Origin: Candidatus Aegiribacteria sp. MLS_C
GTDB lineage: Bacteria; Fermentibacterota; Fermentibacteria; Fermentibacterales; JCC-6
Assembly (NCBI GenBank): GCA_002030045.1
Contig: LQBI01000034.1
Location: 41,157 to 105,156, forward strand
Length of the DNA stretch: 64,000 bases
Direction of reading: 5' to 3'
This document shows positions 58,426 through 64,000 of the stretch, piece after piece. Position 1 is the stretch's first letter; every line of letters begins with the position of its first letter. The notes beneath the pieces were generated by a model. It did not search any database. It was not told the origin of the DNA and saw only the letters and a list, made by a program, of their open reading frames with translations. A program made the translations under genes and the position numbers.

Positions 58426-58995
58426 TTGACGGAAAGACACGTATGCCCCGTCTGGCAGGGCTACCTGCTTGCAAGCCCCCTCAGAAGGCTGGTCGATAAT
58501 CCGGCGAGGAACCTCGCTCCTTACGTCGGCAGAGGGATGAAGGTGCTGGATATAGGCTGTGCCATGGGATTCTACACCCTTCCCATGGCCGGGATGGTGG
58601 GAGAAGGGGGCAGGGTCGTCTGCGTCGACCTGCAGGAGAAGATGGTCAGGAACCTCGTAGGAAGGGCCCGGAAGAAGGGCCTGCACGGGATGATAGAGGC
58701 CAGGGTATGTACCGGGACCGACCTCAACCTTTCGGACATGAAGGATGCCTTCGAATTCGCGCTTGCGGCCTCGGTGGTGCACGAGGTCCCCGACCAGGAG
58801 GGCTTCTTCCGCCAGGTGATGGAGGTCCTGCGGCCCGAAGGGAGGCTCCTGGTCATCGAGCCGGCACGGCACGTCCCGGAAGATGCCTTCGGTCTCACCG
58901 TCGAGAACGCTTCAGGGAAGGGCTTCGACCTGCTTAAGAGGCATAATAGGTGGCTGCGCCGGCTGGCGCTCTTTCAAAAACCCCGGGGCCGATGA
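58426..58995 (+). CDS. Class I SAM-dependent methyltransferase
   Basis: VLDIGCAMGFYTLPMA motif I. Confidence 0.8.
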   Translation: MTERHVCPVWQGYLLASPLRRLVDNPARNLAPYVGRGMKVLDIGCAMGFYTLPMAGMVGEGGRVVCVDLQEKMVRNLVGRARKKGLHGMIEARVCTGTDLNLSDMKDAFEFALAASVVHEVPDQEGFFRQVMEVLRPEGRLLVIEPARHVPEDAFGLTVENASGKGFDLLKRHNRWLRRLALFQKPRGR

Positions 58996-59948
58996 ACCCG
59001 CAAGCTCCGTCCATCCCGCTCTCGGTGATCATAGTGAACTACAACTGCGGAAGTCAGCTGCTGGACTGCCTCGATTCCCTCTACCGGACCGTCACCGTCT
59101 CTCCGATGGAAGTGATAGTGGTCGACAACGGATCGAAGGACGGCTCGGTACAGCTGGCCAGGACTTCCTTTCCCGCCGCCAGGTTCATAGAGAACGATTT
59201 CAACAACTGGTTCACCGGAGCTACGAACCAGGGTATTCAGGAAAGCAGCGGCAGGTACCTGCTGTGCCTGAACCCGGACACGGTCTGCCACCCGGACGCG
59301 GTGGACTCCATGGTCGGGTTCATGGAAAGCCATCCCGAAGCCGGCATCGTGGGGCCCAGGCTGGTGAACGGGGACGGCACCCTGCAGCCTTCATGCAGGA
59401 AGTTCCTCAGGTCCAGGTACCTGGTCCTGAAGCATCTCCTTCCATGGAAGCTGCTCCCGAATTCATGGAAGAGGAGAGTGGTCCTCGAATACTGGGACCA
59501 CGGGAGCACCATAGAGTCCGACTGGCTCATAGGCGCCTGCATTCTGGCCAGAAGAGAAGCGGTGGACGACGTGGGCCTGAAGGACGAGGCGTTCCCCCTC
59601 TTCCACGAGGAGACGGACTGGTGCTACAGGATGAGGGAGAGAGGATGGAAGGTCTGGTTCCTTCACACCGCGGGAATAACCCACCTGGGCAGCCAGTCCG
59701 TGTCCAGAGTATGGGGGGACAGGCTGATACTGGAGTTCTACAGGGGCAAGCACAGGTTCATAGGGAAACACTTCGGGCTGTTTCCACTCCTGGTCCACAG
59801 GCTCCTGCTGACCGGTCTTCTCTCGCTGAGGCTTGCAGCAGTACTCATCAGGAGGCTCTTCAGTTCGAAAGCCGGACTGAAAGCCGAAACCTCTTTCCTC
59901 CTGGGCGGGATCGCCGTTCAGCTCGGAATGGCCCGAAGAAAGGAATGA
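58992..59948 (+). CDS. Family 2 glycosyltransferase
   Basis: ATGA overlap. LSVIIVNYNCG...VIVVDNGSKDGS and ...EETDWCYR... motifs. Confidence 0.85.
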   Translation: MNPQAPSIPLSVIIVNYNCGSQLLDCLDSLYRTVTVSPMEVIVVDNGSKDGSVQLARTSFPAARFIENDFNNWFTGATNQGIQESSGRYLLCLNPDTVCHPDAVDSMVGFMESHPEAGIVGPRLVNGDGTLQPSCRKFLRSRYLVLKHLLPWKLLPNSWKRRVVLEYWDHGSTIESDWLIGACILARREAVDDVGLKDEAFPLFHEETDWCYRMRERGWKVWFLHTAGITHLGSQSVSRVWGDRLILEFYRGKHRFIGKHFGLFPLLVHRLLLTGLLSLRLAAVLIRRLFSSKAGLKAETSFLLGGIAVQLGMARRKE

Positions 59949-60015
59949 CCGTTCCGCCCTGGCCCGTCACCTTCCTGCCGCCCACGGGGATCGTACAGGA
60001 TCGAGGAGGAATTCC

Positions 60016-60735
60016 ATGAAGACCTGTCTGGTAGCTCTTGCAGCGGTAACCATGGCTCTTGCACAGGATGCCGAAACCCCTTCCTGGGAAGGCTTCCTCT
60101 CGGTCGGCGGTCTGTTCACCTCCGGCAACACAGAAGTATGCCAGATTGACACCGGCCTGGAGATCGGCAGGCGGCTGGCGGGACAGCGCTTCAGGGGCGA
60201 TCTCGAGGCATCGGCCTCCTACGGGTCCCGGGACGGCGAGGCCTACCTTGAAAAGTACCGTTCCACCCTCACATTCATCTTCACCATGACCGGGAACAAC
60301 TACGCCACCGCCGGCGGCTACTGGACAAGGGACGAGTTCACCGGCATAGGCCACGAGTGGGGCATCACCGCGGGTCTCGGCAGGAAACTGGTACGCACGG
60401 GCAGCCTGACTGTTTCGATGGAGGCAGGCGCGGGCCTTCTGAACAGGGAGAACACCGACGGGGAGACCCTGGAGACCTCCGCAGGCTACACCGGCCTCGA
60501 CTTCGAGCTGCTGCCGGGAGGATCCTGGACCCTGGCGGAATCCTTCAGGTTCACAACGGACTTCCAGGACAGCGATAACTATTCGATGGAGAGCGTCCTG
60601 GAGGCGAATTCGTCCATAACCGGAAGCCTCTCTCTGGTGACTGGGTACGATGTGGTCTTCCACAACGTCCCCCCGGTGGAGGGCAACGAGAAGACGGACA
60701 CATCGCTCCGGGTCCAGCTGAGGCTGGGGATCTAG
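60016..60735 (+). CDS. DUF481-family (YdiY-like) outer-membrane barrel protein
   Basis: Signal MKTCLVALAAVTMALA. WEGFLSVGGLFTSGNTE is the opening pattern of DUF481. Confidence 0.65.
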   Translation: MKTCLVALAAVTMALAQDAETPSWEGFLSVGGLFTSGNTEVCQIDTGLEIGRRLAGQRFRGDLEASASYGSRDGEAYLEKYRSTLTFIFTMTGNNYATAGGYWTRDEFTGIGHEWGITAGLGRKLVRTGSLTVSMEAGAGLLNRENTDGETLETSAGYTGLDFELLPGGSWTLAESFRFTTDFQDSDNYSMESVLEANSSITGSLSLVTGYDVVFHNVPPVEGNEKTDTSLRVQLRLGI

Positions 60736-60757
60736 CCGCAGACACCGTCCTTGAGGG

Positions 60758-61561
60758 TCATGTGACAACCCCGTTGAGGATGGAGATCAGCCCGAGAACG
60801 GCCAGGGCTGCCAGTGCGAGTCTCCTGAACAGGGGTTCGCTGACCCTCCGGGCGGTACGAATGCCCAGGAGGGAACCGGCGACGACGGCGGGAAAGAGGT
60901 ACGCGGTCTTCAGGGCCGCCTGTCCCGTCATGAGCCCGCCTGCGACGAAGGCGGGTATGGACGCGATGTTCAGCAGCAGGAAGTAGGCGGCCAGGGAAGC
61001 CCTGAACTGGTGCTTCACCACATCCTGGTTCGCCAGGAAGAGTATCACCGGAGGACCGCTGAACGTGGTGGCCCCGTTCAGTATGCCGCTGGCAAGGCCA
61101 ACGGGTATCATTGCCAGCCGTTCTCTGCCGATCCTTAGGCGGAACCCCGACGAGTAGACGATCGCCGACAGTGTAACCAGTGTCCCGACGACGATCTTCA
61201 ACGTTCCTCCGTGTAACGACTTCAGGAGCCAGATGCCGGGGGGAAGTCCAGCGATTCCGGCGAAAAGCAGCGGCAGTATCCTTTTCGTGTCCAGACTGTG
61301 TCTTGACTGCAGAAGGACAAGCAGGTTGAGGAATATGCTGGTGGCCGAGAGCATGGGGACCGCAGTCTGGACGGGCATCAGGAAAAGCAGCAGAGGAAGG
61401 GAGAACAGCGAGTAACCGAAACCGGTGAGGCCCTGTAGAAAGGCTCCCGCGAGGAGTATGCCGGCGATCCCGGCGGTGTCCAGTTCACGCCTCCGGTACG
61501 GAGGATTCCCGGTAGGCGTAGGTTCGGAAAAGGGCGGACTCGAAAACTCCAAGGAGCGCAA
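60758..61561 (-). CDS. TauE/SafE-family anion exporter
   Basis: Polytopic. ...FLQGLTGFGYSLFSLPLL... and ...LASGILNGATTFSGPPVILF... repeats. Start uncertain (77-nt overlap with the upstream ORF). Confidence 0.7.
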   Translation of the reverse strand: MRSLEFSSPPFSEPTPTGNPPYRRRELDTAGIAGILLAGAFLQGLTGFGYSLFSLPLLLFLMPVQTAVPMLSATSIFLNLLVLLQSRHSLDTKRILPLLFAGIAGLPPGIWLLKSLHGGTLKIVVGTLVTLSAIVYSSGFRLRIGRERLAMIPVGLASGILNGATTFSGPPVILFLANQDVVKHQFRASLAAYFLLLNIASIPAFVAGGLMTGQAALKTAYLFPAVVAGSLLGIRTARRVSEPLFRRLALAALAVLGLISILNGVVT

Positions 61562-62009
61562 GGTAGGCGAATACCTCCTTCATTTTCGCGGTGCCCGTTC
61601 CCAGTTCCGGTCGCGGCAGCAGGAGGATGAACAGCAGCAGGAGAGTTACTGCTACCAGGACGATGTGCATCCCGTTGCCGAAGCGCCGGCGGAACATCAT
61701 GACCAGGAGCAGCGACGCCAGGGGGAAGACGGCGAGACAGGCGAAACCGGTCACCAGGTTGGCCGTGTAGTCGGTCCTTGTGAACTCCCTGCCTTCAGCG
61801 GCGGCCTCGGCGGCCCATGCCTCCTCGGCCGCCACCTTCCTCGACTGGAAGACCAAGTCGGAGATCCCGCCTATCAGGCACACCACCACGCAGAAGACCG
61901 CGAAGGCGTAGAGCATGAAGAGAATGCCCCCGGCCAGGATCGCTCTCAGGACATCAGGGAAGTCTTCACGAATATCACTCAAGGGAAACCGTCTCATCCA
62001 GCAGGGCAA
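61485..62009 (-). CDS. Membrane hypothetical protein
   Basis: Four hydrophobic segments with coding-like composition. Confidence 0.4.
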   Translation of the reverse strand: MPCWMRRFPLSDIREDFPDVLRAILAGGILFMLYAFAVFCVVVCLIGGISDLVFQSRKVAAEEAWAAEAAAEGREFTRTDYTANLVTGFACLAVFPLASLLLVMMFRRRFGNGMHIVLVAVTLLLLFILLLPRPELGTGTAKMKEVFAYLALLGVFESALFRTYAYRESSVPEA

Positions 62010-62886
62010 GGAAGCCGGAGACGTCGCCTACGAATCCCGGTCCCATCATCGGGCGGCTTTCCCGGTCATGGCAGTCGGATCCGCCGGTGACCACCAGTCC
62101 CAGTTCGTCGGCAAGTTCCAGCAGGTGTTCCACATGCCCGGGTGTATGGCCCGGGTAGTAGACCTCCAGCCCCGATACTCCGGCAGCAAGGAACTGCGGC
62201 AGCAGCTTCTCCACGGTGGAGAGAGGGGGAAGGACTTCCCTGTAGTGGCTCTCGCCGGGGTAGGAGCCGGCAGCGGGGTGAGCTAGAACCGGAACCACCG
62301 GCCGGTTCCGGAAGAAATCGGCCAGGCGTTCCAGAGGAACTCCCGAGGGGACGTAGGCAGGACTGTCGTTGCCCATGATCCTGCCGATCTTCTCTTTCGA
62401 GAGCCCGTGGCCTTCCGCCAGGGCCATTGCGAAATGTCTCCTGGATGCGTTGTCGGAAAGGGCGGACACCTCCTCCGTCCGAAGCTTCCTTCGAAGCAGG
62501 GGTTTCCTGCCCCCGGGTCCGAATTCCCTGTTGATGCGGACCACCCTTTCTTCCACCAGGGCCGGTCCCCTGCCCTCGGAAACCGTCCCCTTCAGGGCTT
62601 CGAGGAAATCCGCGTCTTCGAGCAGCCTCCTGTGGAAATAGGCGAGGACATGAAGGGACCCGGTGAAGGTCTTCGTGGCGAAGCGCACCGTGATCTCGAT
62701 GCCCGGTATCAGACGGATGGATAGGCGGTCCGCCTCGGCGATCGCCTCAGGGAGACCGGCCACGGTGTCGTGGTCGGTTATGGCCAAGGTGGAAAGACCG
62801 ATGAGGCAGGCTTCCCGCACGAGTTCCGCCGGGGTCATGTCTCCGTCGGAAAAGGTCGAATGGAGATGAAGGTCTGTTCCCGGCAT
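61975..62886 (-). CDS. PHP-domain metal-dependent phosphoesterase
   Basis: MPGTDLHLHSTFSDGD...LAITDHDT signature. Start set at MPGTD. Confidence 0.8.
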   Translation of the reverse strand: MPGTDLHLHSTFSDGDMTPAELVREACLIGLSTLAITDHDTVAGLPEAIAEADRLSIRLIPGIEITVRFATKTFTGSLHVLAYFHRRLLEDADFLEALKGTVSEGRGPALVEERVVRINREFGPGGRKPLLRRKLRTEEVSALSDNASRRHFAMALAEGHGLSKEKIGRIMGNDSPAYVPSGVPLERLADFFRNRPVVPVLAHPAAGSYPGESHYREVLPPLSTVEKLLPQFLAAGVSGLEVYYPGHTPGHVEHLLELADELGLVVTGGSDCHDRESRPMMGPGFVGDVSGFLALLDETVSLE

Positions 62887-62974
62887 GCTCTTCCGCCCTC
62901 GTCCTTTCAGGGTTTCGAGTACTATACCTGCCATGACCCTCGAGTATAAGTGCCTCGGTCAATGTACCGGGGTG

Positions 62975-63571
62975 TCAGGACAGGGTCGAGAAGAATTCCA
63001 GGCCGAGTAATGCTCCGCCTGCGGCCGCCGCTGCCTGCAGTAGCAGGGACAGGCCCCAGGGGGGGCTTTCTCCGGTCGCCGGACCGTTACTCCTCTCCCT
63101 CATGGACCTGAAGAACGAGGAGAGTATGATGGCCAGCGGAACGCCGCCCATCAGCAGGAATGTCACGGCGCAGATGACCCAGCCCCACGCCAGTCCGCCC
63201 CCCGTGCCGATTCCGAAGCCGAACTCGACGAAGTTCCAGCCCAGGACCAGGAAGAGGGCCGACCAGGCAAGTGCCATCAGATTCGGCCCCCCCACCTTCG
63301 ACCCTGCGTACATGGAGGCGAACATCGAGCCCACCATGAGCATTATGGAGACCGGGAACACCCACACCCAGTCCGGTGCCTGGTGAGCTATCTGGTAAGG
63401 TCCTCCGCTGGCTACGAAACCGCCCAGCCTCATGACACCCCTCATTCCCATGTACAGCAGCGCCAGGCAGAAGGCGAACACGAAAACCGAAAAAAGGAAG
63501 ACAGCCCACTTTGCCGGACCGGCATCACCTCCCCTGTTAACGGGCCTGCCGGTAATGAAAGCCTTCTCCAT
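62975..63571 (-). CDS. Membrane hypothetical protein
   Basis: Five or six hydrophobic helices; follows the upstream gene by 1 nt. Confidence 0.5.
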   Translation of the reverse strand: MEKAFITGRPVNRGGDAGPAKWAVFLFSVFVFAFCLALLYMGMRGVMRLGGFVASGGPYQIAHQAPDWVWVFPVSIMLMVGSMFASMYAGSKVGGPNLMALAWSALFLVLGWNFVEFGFGIGTGGGLAWGWVICAVTFLLMGGVPLAIILSSFFRSMRERSNGPATGESPPWGLSLLLQAAAAAGGALLGLEFFSTLS

Positions 63572-63572
63572 C

Positions 63573-64000
63573 TCATCTCCTCATCCTCAGGAACACCTTT
63601 GCCAGTTCGGCCATCTCCGCCAGCCGGCCCTTCCTGTTATCCCTTATCCTGTCGTAGAGGTCGACGTTGTCCGCCGGCGGAGTGTTATCCCCCTCCGCCG
63701 GCACAAGGCTGATCGCCTCCGCCGGGCATTTGGGAACGCAGAGCCCGCACCCTATGCACCTCGCCTCATCTACCACGGCTGTACCGCCCGGACCCTTCAG
63801 GGATACCGCGTTGACCTGGCACCTCTTCACGCAGATGCCGCATCCGGTGCAGCCGGCTTCCTCCACTACCGCCGTGAAGCTCCGGGTCCAGAAGTCGACG
63901 GGGCGGGGCAGCATCTTCTGCAAGCCCAGCATTCCGCAGCAGCAGCCGCAGCAGGAGCATATGAAGTCCGGGTCCATGGCGTTGGAAGGCTGGAGGACCA
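63573..64000 (-). CDS. Fe-S protein, C-terminal part (Cys cluster plus 2x[4Fe-4S] domain); 5' end outside window
   Basis: CSCCGCCCG, CTGCGICVKRC and CIGCGLCVPKCP. The frame stays open to the window edge upstream of the listed Met. Confidence 0.7.
   Translation of the reverse strand, partial: VLQPSNAMDPDFICSCCGCCCGMLGLQKMLPRPVDFWTRSFTAVVEEAGCTGCGICVKRCQVNAVSLKGPGGTAVVDEARCIGCGLCVPKCPAEAISLVPAEGDNTPPADNVDLYDRIRDNRKGRLAEMAELAKVFLRMRR

Overview
High-G+C, gene-dense bacterial chromosome segment with about 75 supportable genes and no rRNA or CRISPR. All functions are assigned by motif recognition only, since no searches were run. CDS starts were refined from the ORF track using RBS, signal-peptide and gene-overlap logic. 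The source is probably an uncultivated anaerobe of the FCB-group type. That is an inference from T9SS-type C-terminal sorting domains, a Na+-pumping methylmalonyl-CoA decarboxylase operon and formate-THF ligase. Core content: prs; a B12-subunit/meaB/epimerase/mmdADCB propionate operon (3.2-8.6 kb); cell-envelope glycosyltransferases and gmd; perR-katG; an SNF transporter; fhs; and many secreted or outer-membrane proteins. Accessory content: a visibly lower-G+C islet array (about 22.7-27.8 kb) abutting the 3' end of tRNA-Ser(CGA). It carries mazEF, fic, a MITE-like inverted repeat and a single-gene cassette bracketed by 65-bp direct repeats, with no integrase. A tRNA-Asp lies next to an orphan T9SS-domain fragment. 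Most notable candidates: (1) 27971-32136, a translationally coupled operon of four exported 4Fe-4S ferredoxin-like proteins, an outer-membrane barrel and a DsbD_2-like inner-membrane protein. This may be a non-cytochrome trans-envelope redox conduit. (2) 44142-47904, a RiPP-type cluster with radical SAM/SPASM, PqqD, HPr-kinase-like kinase, an S24/S26 peptidase-GNAT fusion and two paralogous 55-aa precursors, one absent from the ORF track. (3) An in-frame UGA in a CxxU context with a SECIS-like hairpin starting 11 nt downstream (38813-38954). Lesser items: a frameshifted zinc-ribbon paralogue pair, a CitD-CitE fusion, a Cys-repeat Fer4_5 membrane protein, a 46-bp tandem repeat and a structured fhs leader.
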